From: Minisyncoccota bacterium
GTDB lineage: Bacteria; Patescibacteriota; Minisyncoccia; Minisyncoccales; PWPS01
Direction of reading: 5' to 3'
Assembly: GCA_021734685.1 (NCBI GenBank)
Contig: JAIPIL010000002.1
Span: 1 to 37,654, forward strand
Length of the DNA: 37,654 bases
Below are positions 9,564 to 16,488 of this stretch, in pieces. A program made the position numbers and the translations under genes. The notes under the pieces are model-generated. The model was not told the DNA's origin, made no database searches, and was given only the letters and a program-made list of their open reading frames with translations. The number at the start of each line of letters is the position of its first letter. Position 1 is the stretch's first letter.

Positions 9564-9592
9564 AAAATAGCATTTTTTAACACTTTAGTCAA
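9564..9592 (-). promoter_or_regulatory. Candidate rpsT promoter
   Basis: On the minus strand: TTGACT (complement of 9587-9592), 17-nt spacer, TATTTT (complement of 9564-9569). About 20 nt upstream of the ATG. Confidence 0.35.
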
Positions 9593-9856
9593 CAAACCAC
9601 TTCGTGATTTGCGCGAAACAACGCAAAACAAAAATGCAAAACAACGCAAAACTTTTTCCACCGTCATTGCGAGGAGCGAAGCGACGTGGCAATCCCATTA
9701 TCTTTGCAGGAACTATGAGATTCTTCGCTTCGCTCAGAATGACGGTGAAGTATCATCTCCCCTCCCTCGTCATTCCCGCGAACGCGGGAATCCAGTTTTG
9801 AAAATTAAGAAATTGAAAATTCATTGAAAATTGAAAATTGCCAAATTGAAAATTTT
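9593..9856 (+). repeat. Composite repeat mosaic
   Basis: ACGCAAAACA-type array about 9610-9655; PAL-B 9663-9743; HP-A with GAAC loop 9769-9795; TTGAAAA-type array 9796-9856. Confidence 0.9.
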
Positions 9857-9904
9857 TATAACTCTTACTTTTTTTAATGTTATTAATTTGTTATACTTAC
9901 TCCA

Positions 9905-10441
9905 ATGATATATTACATAAAAGGAATAATTACTATTAAGGAGAAAGATTTTGTTGTTATTGAAAGTAACGGAGTTGGGTATAAGATTTTTGTTGCTCCT
10001 GAAACTAGAGATCTTCTTGAAAAGGAAGTAACTATCTACTGTTATACAAAAAAAACCGACAAAGAAAATCAACTTTACGGCTTTCCAGAAAAAGAAAACT
10101 TGGAGTTGTTTGAAAAACTTCTTAAGATATCAGGAATAGGTCCGAAGACAGCGCTCGGAATCTCTTCAATCGCCTCAATGGAAGAACTTAAAAAAGGAAT
10201 AGAAGTGGAAGATAAAAAGATAATAAAAAAGATCTTCAAGGTTGGAAAGAAGAAAGGAGAGCAGATTGTTTTTGAGATATCAAGAAAGATGATTCAAGAG
10301 AGCAAGGAAGATGAAGTTTATCAAGCCTTAAAGAGTCTTGGTTTTCAAGAATATGAAATTAACGAAGCGTTAAAAAATACTTCTTCAGAAGATAGCGACG
10401 AAGAAAGAATGGCGGAAGCTTTAAAATATCTAGGGCAATGA
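9905..10441 (+). CDS. ruvA: Holliday junction DNA helicase RuvA
   Basis: 178 aa. MIYYIKGII...VVIESNGVGYKIFV, LYGF, HhH motif ISGIGPKTALGI. Confidence 0.9.
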   Translation: MIYYIKGIITIKEKDFVVIESNGVGYKIFVAPETRDLLEKEVTIYCYTKKTDKENQLYGFPEKENLELFEKLLKISGIGPKTALGISSIASMEELKKGIEVEDKKIIKKIFKVGKKKGEQIVFEISRKMIQESKEDEVYQALKSLGFQEYEINEALKNTSSEDSDEERMAEALKYLGQ

Positions 10442-11691
10442 TAAAAGATGTAATCAGAAAAATAAAACCTGTTGTTAGTTTTTATCACTTTCTATACTCT
10501 TTTGCAGGAGCAGTGTGGTATCGTTTTCCTTCTCGCAAGATTACAGTTATCGGGGTTACTGGAACTAACGGAAAAACAACAACCGTTGACTTTGCTTCAC
10601 GAATAATGAAAAAGGGGGGACTTCGAGTTGCTTCCTTCTCTTCAATCAAATTTGAAATTGCAGGTGAAGAGGAGACAAACCTTTTCAAAATGACGATGCC
10701 GGGAAGAGCGTTTCTTCAAAAGATGATAAGAAGGGCAGTTGATAAAAAATGCGATGTTGTTGTGATGGAAGTAACATCAGAAGGGATAAAGCAACACCGT
10801 CACCGATTCATAAACTTTCAAGGAGCATGCTTCACAAACCTCTCTCCAGAGCATATTGAATCACACGGAGGATTTGAAAACTACCGAAAAGAAAAAGAGA
10901 AACTTTTCAAAAAAACAAAAAACCTACACATCATAAATATTGATGACGAAAACGCTGATTATTTTCTGAAGCATCGGAGCAGAGAAAAGATTCTGTGCAC
11001 CACAAAACAAGAAAAAAAGGAAAATCTTTTAAAGGCAGAAAAGATAGAATCAACCGCTAACGGCACAACCTTTTTTATTAACGATGAAAAATTTACTTTA
11101 GCGGTAGCTGGAAAGTTTAATGTTTACAACGCTCTTTCAGCAGTAGCGATTGCTAGCAGTCAAGGAGTTTCCCTTAAAGACGCAAAAGAAGCGCTCCAAG
11201 AAAAATTCACAGTAAGCGGAAGAATGGAACAAGTAGTCTCCTCTCCGTTCAAAGTTATAATTGATTACGCGGTTACTCCCGATGCCCTTGAACAACTATA
11301 CAAAGAAGTGAAAGAAAACTTTTCAGCAAACAAAATTATCGCCGTTTTTGGAGCTTGTGGGGGAGGAAGAGACAAGTGGAAGCGACCAAAATTAGGAGAG
11401 ATTGCGGGAAGATACTGCGATTATATAATTTTAACAAACGAAGACCCCTATGATGAAAATCCAGAAGAGATCTTAAACGACATTGAAAAAGGAGTTCCAA
11501 AAAACACTGCTTATGAAAAAATAATAGACCGAGAAGAAGCAGTGAAAAAAGCCCTAAAACAAGCCAAAGAAAAAGATATAGTAGTAATCACCGGAAAAGG
11601 ATCCGAACCATGGATGGCCCTATCAAAAGGAAAAAAAATCCCCTGGAGCGACAAGGAAGTAATTAAGAAACATTTGACAATTGACAATTGA
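10438..11691 (+). CDS. murE: Mur ligase, MurE-like (UDP-MurNAc-tripeptide synthetase), short N-terminus
   Basis: 417 aa. GVTGTNGKTTT P-loop, DYAVTPDAL, GACGGGRDKWKRPKLG, TNEDPYDENPEEI, ITGKGSE. ATGA overlap with ruvA. The last codons (LTIDN-stop) lie in a TTGACAA array. Confidence 0.8.
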   Translation: MIKDVIRKIKPVVSFYHFLYSFAGAVWYRFPSRKITVIGVTGTNGKTTTVDFASRIMKKGGLRVASFSSIKFEIAGEEETNLFKMTMPGRAFLQKMIRRAVDKKCDVVVMEVTSEGIKQHRHRFINFQGACFTNLSPEHIESHGGFENYRKEKEKLFKKTKNLHIINIDDENADYFLKHRSREKILCTTKQEKKENLLKAEKIESTANGTTFFINDEKFTLAVAGKFNVYNALSAVAIASSQGVSLKDAKEALQEKFTVSGRMEQVVSSPFKVIIDYAVTPDALEQLYKEVKENFSANKIIAVFGACGGGRDKWKRPKLGEIAGRYCDYIILTNEDPYDENPEEILNDIEKGVPKNTAYEKIIDREEAVKKALKQAKEKDIVVITGKGSEPWMALSKGKKIPWSDKEVIKKHLTIDN

Positions 11692-11770
11692 CATTTGACT
11701 TCTTGTTATTCCCGCCCACCCCTGTCATTCCCGCCCTCCCTTGTCATTCCCAGCTTGACTGGGAATCCAG
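11671..11770 (+). repeat. Repeat mosaic
   Basis: TTGACAA array 11671-11702 (contains the murE stop); half-sites GTTATTCCC 11705, GTCATTCCC 11724; HP-A CAG/CTTGA variant 11743-11770. Spacing 19 nt. Confidence 0.9.
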
Positions 11771-11810
11771 AAATCCTTATGTTTATTAATCAACTAACAA
11801 AAATTGAATT

Positions 11811-12746
11811 ATGAAAATAAAAGAGATATACCAGCTTGCAATTGAAAAAGGAATTGAAAAAGACTTTCGCTCAAAAGAAGAGATTGAAAGTATGCTCCTT
11901 CGTGTCAGTAAAAAATATGAAGCACTGAGCGATGAGAAGAAAGAACTTTTTGACAAAGAACGGCTCACAAATCCTTTCTCCGATACAAGAATTTTATACG
12001 GCGATCCAGAAAAAGAAGTTAAAAAAGTAATGATCGGAATTGACATTGACGGAGAAGAACTTCTTTTAGCAAAACAACTTCAAGACATAGATCTTGTCAT
12101 CTCTCATCATCCACGAGGAGTTGCCCTCGCTGGACTTGATGATGTGATGCAACTTCAGATCGATGTTTTGCATATGTACGGAGTTCCCGTAAACATTGCA
12201 GAAAAACTTTTAAAAAAGAGAATCGGAGAAGTTACCAGAGGACTTTCTCCGGCTAATCACAACCGAGCAGTTGATATGGCAAGAGCACTAGATATTCCTT
12301 TTATGTGCGTTCACACTCCTGCAGATAATTTTGCCGCTCGTTTTGTTGAAGAAAAACTTGAAAAAGAAAATCCTTACTCGGTCAAAGATGTTATCAACTC
12401 TCTTCTAACTGTTTACGAATATAGACAAGCAGAAAAAATGGGAGTTGGTCCAAAGATATTTGTTGGAGGAGGAGAAAACAGAGTTGGTAAAATTGTTATT
12501 ACAGAGTTTACTGGAGGAACAGAAGGATCTCCAGAAATTTATCAAAAACTAGCAGATGTAGGAGCGGGAACAATAATCGGAATGCACATATCTGAAAAAC
12601 ACAAAGAAAAAGCAGAAAAGGCCTGCGTAAATGTTGTAGTTGCCGGACATATGTCATCCGACTCAATCGGAGTAAACCTCTTATTCAAAGAAATAGAAAA
12701 AAAAGGAGTAAAAATATTCCCCTGCGGAGGACTAATAAGAAAATAA
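11811..12746 (+). CDS. NIF3-family (DUF34) dinuclear metal-centre protein
   Basis: 311 aa. DLVISHHP motif, C-terminal GHMSSD/GH pair typical of NIF3/YbgI. Confidence 0.8.
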   Translation: MKIKEIYQLAIEKGIEKDFRSKEEIESMLLRVSKKYEALSDEKKELFDKERLTNPFSDTRILYGDPEKEVKKVMIGIDIDGEELLLAKQLQDIDLVISHHPRGVALAGLDDVMQLQIDVLHMYGVPVNIAEKLLKKRIGEVTRGLSPANHNRAVDMARALDIPFMCVHTPADNFAARFVEEKLEKENPYSVKDVINSLLTVYEYRQAEKMGVGPKIFVGGGENRVGKIVITEFTGGTEGSPEIYQKLADVGAGTIIGMHISEKHKEKAEKACVNVVVAGHMSSDSIGVNLLFKEIEKKGVKIFPCGGLIRK

Positions 12747-12751
12747 TCCCC

Positions 12752-12915
12752 GTCATTGCGAGGAGCGAAGCGACGTGGCAATCCCTTGAACCCCCCCGTC
12801 ATTCCCGCCCTCCCCCGTCATTCCCAACTTGATTGGGAATCCAGTTTTGAATTTTGAATTTAGTATTTTGAATTTATTTAGAATTTGGTGCTTAGAATTT
12901 AGAATTTATTTTTTT
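12752..12915 (+). repeat. Repeat mosaic between convergent genes
   Basis: Single PAL-B arm GTCATTGCGAGGAGCGAAGCGACGTGGCAATCCC 12752-12785; half-site 12798-12806; HP-A CAA/CTTGA/TTG variant 12817-12844; TTTGAAT/TTAGAAT array 12845-12915 overlapping the Elp3 stop. Confidence 0.9.
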
Positions 12916-14433
12916 TGTCATGTATGTCCCCCTCAACTCATACCCGTTACTCCTCCAGTAATCCCTCGTCCCAACCCCTGCTATCACTGCAATCTTATCT
13001 TTCTTAAAATCTTCTCTTGCAATCTCTTCCGCTTTTTTAATAAGCATCCTTCCCATTCCTTTGTGTTGTGGGGAGTATAGAAAATCTCCCTTATCAGATA
13101 TTGAAATTGAACTTCCGTAAGTTTTTATTTCTCTTATAATCGCAGAGTGATTATTATCACGAAGCCGAAGAAGAGCATAAATAGTGTCTTTCTCTTTATT
13201 TTCTAAAGAAAGAAAAACTTCTTCTCCTCCAGAGGCTTGATATCTTTCTTCATAAAGAAAAACTTCTTCTCCGTGCTTGTATCTCTCTCGCACCTCTCTA
13301 CAACGGATACATTTGCATCGCCAGCCCTCGTTATTTGCCTTTCTCGCGATAACTTCTCTCAGGTTTGATGTTTTACACCCACCGCCGATACTTTCCGCTG
13401 GAATGTCCCGAAAAAGGCGTTGGATCCGAACATAAGAAGGGATAATATCTTTCTTTATCTTTAATATTATCTCTACCAACTCATCTCCGCTAAACGAAAC
13501 ATATTGTTTGCTCTTCCAAAGAGAGTAAAGGGGAGTGCCTTCCATAACCAAACACGGATATATTTTTAAAAAATCAGGACGAAAATCAGAATCAGAAAAC
13601 ATCCTTTCAAAAGTTTCAACATCTTTTTCAGGAGAACTTTTTGGAAGATTAAGCATTACTTGATAACACACTTTAAACCCAGCTTCTTTTAAAAGTTTTG
13701 TTGCTTCTATCGTTTCTTTTACTCCGTGCCCTCGTTTTATGAAACTTAAAACATCATCAAACAGTGATTGAACTCCCAGCTCAACCATCGTAACTCCCAA
13801 AATTCGCAACTTCTTCACTTCTTCTTTGTCTATGTAATCAGGTCTTGTTTCAACCGAAAGACAAACAATGCGGTGCTTTGCCTTCTCATTCTTCTCTTGA
13901 GCCTCTTTCAGGGTTGCACTTTTCTCTCCATTACACGCCTCGTAGCAACTTTTAATAAACCAGATCTTGTAAATATCTGGATAAAAAGACCAAGTTCCAC
14001 CAACAATCCGAACTTCCAACTTTTCAGTAGTGTGCCCGGTTTCTTCCAACGCTTTCAATCTTGTCCTAATCTGTTTCACCGGATGAAAGTTGTTGTTAAA
14101 AGCACGCATCGCCGCTGGTTCGTTCTTCAAGTAACTCTTCGGCATTCCCTTTTCTTCAGGGCAGTAGATACATCTACCAGGGCAAGGAAACGGCTTTGTT
14201 AAAACCGAAACATTAACCACTCCTGATAACGATCTAACCGGACGAGTTCTCAAAACAGAAACAACTTTTTCATCTCTTTCTTTATTTTTGTGGTAGAATT
14301 TAAGAAGAGAAGAATTTGTTGGAGTAGAAACCTTGTATTTTTTGGAAGCAACTTTCTTTGCTTTCTCTAACTCTTCCCTCGTTTTTATCTCTCCTCGTTT
14401 TATCTTTTCAATTATCTCTTGATTTATATCCAT
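12892..14433 (-). CDS. elp3: Elp3-type radical SAM plus GNAT tRNA U34 carboxymethyl-modification enzyme
   Basis: Radical-SAM cluster motif PFPCPGRCIYCPEE, C-terminal GNAT QHKGMGRMLIKKAEEIA. The ORF extends to 14454, but MDINQEIIEKI (ATG complement of 14431-14433) is the likelier start. Confidence 0.88.
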   Translation of the reverse strand: MDINQEIIEKIKRGEIKTREELEKAKKVASKKYKVSTPTNSSLLKFYHKNKERDEKVVSVLRTRPVRSLSGVVNVSVLTKPFPCPGRCIYCPEEKGMPKSYLKNEPAAMRAFNNNFHPVKQIRTRLKALEETGHTTEKLEVRIVGGTWSFYPDIYKIWFIKSCYEACNGEKSATLKEAQEKNEKAKHRIVCLSVETRPDYIDKEEVKKLRILGVTMVELGVQSLFDDVLSFIKRGHGVKETIEATKLLKEAGFKVCYQVMLNLPKSSPEKDVETFERMFSDSDFRPDFLKIYPCLVMEGTPLYSLWKSKQYVSFSGDELVEIILKIKKDIIPSYVRIQRLFRDIPAESIGGGCKTSNLREVIARKANNEGWRCKCIRCREVRERYKHGEEVFLYEERYQASGGEEVFLSLENKEKDTIYALLRLRDNNHSAIIREIKTYGSSISISDKGDFLYSPQHKGMGRMLIKKAEEIAREDFKKDKIAVIAGVGTRDYWRSNGYELRGTYMTKKINSKF

Positions 14434-15066
14434 ATGAAAAATAAAGACGCACAAAACATAATGAGAAACCTGCAGAAAGATTACAACCTAACGGCAGAAT
14501 CTTTCTCTGCTACTCGTGACAGAATGTGGCCTGAGTTAAAATTCTTGTTTGATTATAGCAAAAAAAACGAAAAAGTTCTTGATCTAGGGTGCGGAAACGG
14601 AAGATTTTCAAAGTATCTTCAAGAAACAGATTACACCGGAGCTGATTTTTCAGAAAAAATGATAGAGCAAGCAAAAAAAAGATTTCCCGACAAAAAATTC
14701 GTAGTAGCAGATGTCCTCAACCTCCCCTTTGAAGACAACTATTTTGACAAGATATACTCCGTAGCAATGATCCACCAGATCCCATCCCACAAGTATCGCC
14801 TCGAAGCCCTCCTAGAAATAAAAAGAACCCTAAAACCCACCGGCCAAATCTTCCTAACCGCATGGAAAGCGGAGCGGGGTTGGGGCTCGCACCGCTTTGA
14901 GCGGGGGGAGGGGAAGGATGTTTTTCTGAAAAGAGAAAGATATTACTATCTTTTTGAAAAAGGAGAACTATCCGAACTAGCAGAAGAAGCAGGATTCAAA
15001 GTAAAAGAAGAAGGCTTGGCACAACAAGACAACAGGAGTAATATATACATAGTAGCAAGGAAATAG
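14434..15066 (+). CDS. Trm9-like class I SAM-dependent methyltransferase
   Basis: From memory of yeast Trm9: FSATRDRMWPELKFLF vs FSQTRYKPWPIVTEFL; LDLGCGNGRF; VVADVLNLPFEDNYFDKIYSVAMIHQIPSHKYRLEALLEIKRTLKPTGQIFLTAW vs LVADGLNLPHKNETFDFAISIAVVHHWSTRERRVEVI...; RYYYLFEKGEL vs RFYHLYREGEL. Alternative starts at 14419 and 14461. Confidence 0.8.
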   Translation: MKNKDAQNIMRNLQKDYNLTAESFSATRDRMWPELKFLFDYSKKNEKVLDLGCGNGRFSKYLQETDYTGADFSEKMIEQAKKRFPDKKFVVADVLNLPFEDNYFDKIYSVAMIHQIPSHKYRLEALLEIKRTLKPTGQIFLTAWKAERGWGSHRFERGEGKDVFLKRERYYYLFEKGELSELAEEAGFKVKEEGLAQQDNRSNIYIVARK

Positions 15067-15284
15067 GCATTTGACATTTGACATTTGACTGTCATTCTGA
15101 GCGAAGCGAAGAATCCCATCATCTTTGCAGTCCACGAGAGATTGCCACGGGCTAAAGCCCTCGCAATGACGATGGAGTGTCACTCCCACATTCTTTGTCA
15201 TTCCCGCGAAAGCGGGAATCCAGTTTTGAAAATTAAAAAATTGAAAATTCATTGAAAATTGTCAAATTGAAAATTGAAAATTTT
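15067..15284 (+). repeat. Composite repeat mosaic
   Basis: TTGACAT array 15067-15089; PAL-B with swapped arm types 15091-15170; degenerate half-site 15178-15186; HP-A 15197-15223; TTGAAAA array 15224-15284. Confidence 0.9.
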
Positions 15285-15381
15285 AGTCATTAATTCAAAA
15301 TTACTCAAACTTGCTTTATTGAAAAAGGAGTCAGGTACCTTTTTTAGAAAAATCTAGTATCATAATAATAACAAACATAAT

Positions 15382-15717
15382 ATGAAAAACTTAGGAATAT
15401 CTTTAATCTTTGTAGGAATCGCTATCATCTTATTAGTAATGTTTTTTGCTTTTCAGATCTTTGTCCAAGAGGAAGAGCCACCTATGGTATTCAAAGAGAG
15501 AGAAGTGATGATTAGCGATGTTTTTGGAGGAATACCAGTAGCAACTGAAAACGGCGAAGAGATGGAGATAGCAATTGGAGAAGGTGTAAAAATAGAAGAT
15601 GTTTTTCCAATAAACAAAACCCTAAACCTCTCCGCATTCTCAATCTTCGCTTTCATAATCTTCTCCGGAGCAGTAAAACTAACAAAAATAGGAATAGAAA
15701 TAAAGCGTGACAATTGA
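15382..15717 (+). CDS. Hypothetical small membrane protein (2 TM segments)
   Basis: 111 aa with N- and C-terminal hydrophobic helices. The stop lies in a TTGACAA array. No recognisable family. Confidence 0.5.
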   Translation: MKNLGISLIFVGIAIILLVMFFAFQIFVQEEEPPMVFKEREVMISDVFGGIPVATENGEEMEIAIGEGVKIEDVFPINKTLNLSAFSIFAFIIFSGAVKLTKIGIEIKRDN

Positions 15718-15823
15718 CAATTAACAATTGACCTTTGACACATCACTGTCATTCCCACCCATCTGTCATTCCCGCGAAAGCGGGAATCCAGTCAAAAGTC
15801 ACATGTCAACTGTCAAATGTCAC
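15707..15823 (+). repeat. Repeat mosaic with complementary TGAC/GTCA arms
   Basis: GTGACAATTGACAATTAACAATTGACCTTTGACAC 15707-15741; half-site 15748-15756; HP-A 15765-15791; inverted array GTCAAAAGTCACATGTCAACTGTCAAATGTCAC 15791-15823. Confidence 0.9.
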
Positions 15824-15831
15824 TCTGCTTA

Positions 15832-15860
15832 TTGACTTAATCCTTGTTTTAGTGTATATT
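15832..15860 (+). promoter_or_regulatory. Near-consensus sigma70 promoter driving the structured RNA and tmRNA
   Basis: TTGACT 15832-15837, 17-nt spacer, TATATT 15855-15860. The predicted TSS, about 15866-15868, coincides with the first bases of the closing helix. Confidence 0.55.
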
Positions 15861-15863
15861 GAA

Positions 15864-16116
15864 GGGCATAGGATACGAACCAAACAACCTTTAGAAACTG
15901 ATAAATGAGTTGATTTCAAGAAACGACGACCTAGCTACATTGAGGAGGAGTGACGCAGAAATCAGCCATTTATCAGCTTCCCGTAGGGCGGATCAATTTT
16001 ATCCATATTCTGCGTTATTCGTGAACAAGGTATTTGGCAATACCTTTTATCACTCACGCCTTGAATATGAATAAAATTGATTCCGCTAAAGATCATTTGG
16101 TTCGTGTCCTATGCCC
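15864..16116 (+). ncRNA. Candidate structured RNA or long structured tmRNA precursor leader (unidentified class)
   Basis: No credible ORF. Closing helix of 21 bp, 15864-15884 / 16096-16116 (one G-U), extended by CTTTAG 15889-15894 / CTAAAG 16086-16091. Arm A: 15898-15907/15967-15976 plus 15911-15917/15958-15964. Arm B: 15988-16010/16063-16086, containing CGTGA/TCACG and AAGGTATT-TGGC-AATACCTT (16027-16046). Confidence 0.45.
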
Positions 16117-16122
16117 TGACTT

Positions 16123-16471
16123 GGGGATGCACGTTTCGACAAAATCTCATAGGAAAATATTGCAAGCCGAGCACAATCTCGTAAATCTTGACTTTCACAA
16201 TAAGTGCCAACTTATTTAAAGAAGAACCTGCATTGGCATTAGCTTAAACGCAGGCGTTCCCTTCCTGATTTCTCATAGGGGAGAGTGAATGTCATAAATG
16301 AGGATATGAGATTAAAATTTGAACTTTGTTTTAATCTTGAAAAAAATAAAGTTCGGGAGTAGAAAAATTTTTTCCGATTTAATTTTCTTACTTCTTTAAC
16401 CCCCAATCGGAATAAGCTTGTAGATGTATTTTTCTTGACTTTTGGACGGGAGTTCAATCTCCCCATCTCCA
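16123..16471 (+). ncRNA. ssrA: tmRNA (transfer-messenger RNA)
   Basis: 5' GGGGATGCACGTTTCGAC...GCAAGCCGAG (E. coli has GGGGCUG..UUCGAC..GCAUGCCGAG). 3' GGACGGGAGTTCAATCTCCC-CATCTCC-A (E. coli has GGACGCGGGUUCAACUCCCGCCAGCUCCA). The acceptor GGGGATG/CATCTCC has a G3-U70 pair. Tag ORF 16206-16247 is GCC AAC ... GCT TAA, giving ANLFKEEPALALA. CCA not encoded. Confidence 0.88.
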
Positions 16472-16488
16472 CATAACTTATATAAAAT

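Noticed and set aside
11671-11702. TTGACA-array repeats as real stacked promoters
   Set aside because: Perfect -35 hexamers recur every 8 nt, but most lack a properly spaced -10 box and sit immediately after stop codons. Only promoters with a good -10 box at 16-17 nt spacing were reported.
15864-16116. The structured segment as RNase P RNA, SRP (4.5S/scRNA), 6S RNA or a retron msr/msd
   Set aside because: Conserved RNase P and SRP helix-8 motifs are absent, the topology is branched rather than 6S-like, and no reverse transcriptase gene is nearby. Left as an unclassified candidate.
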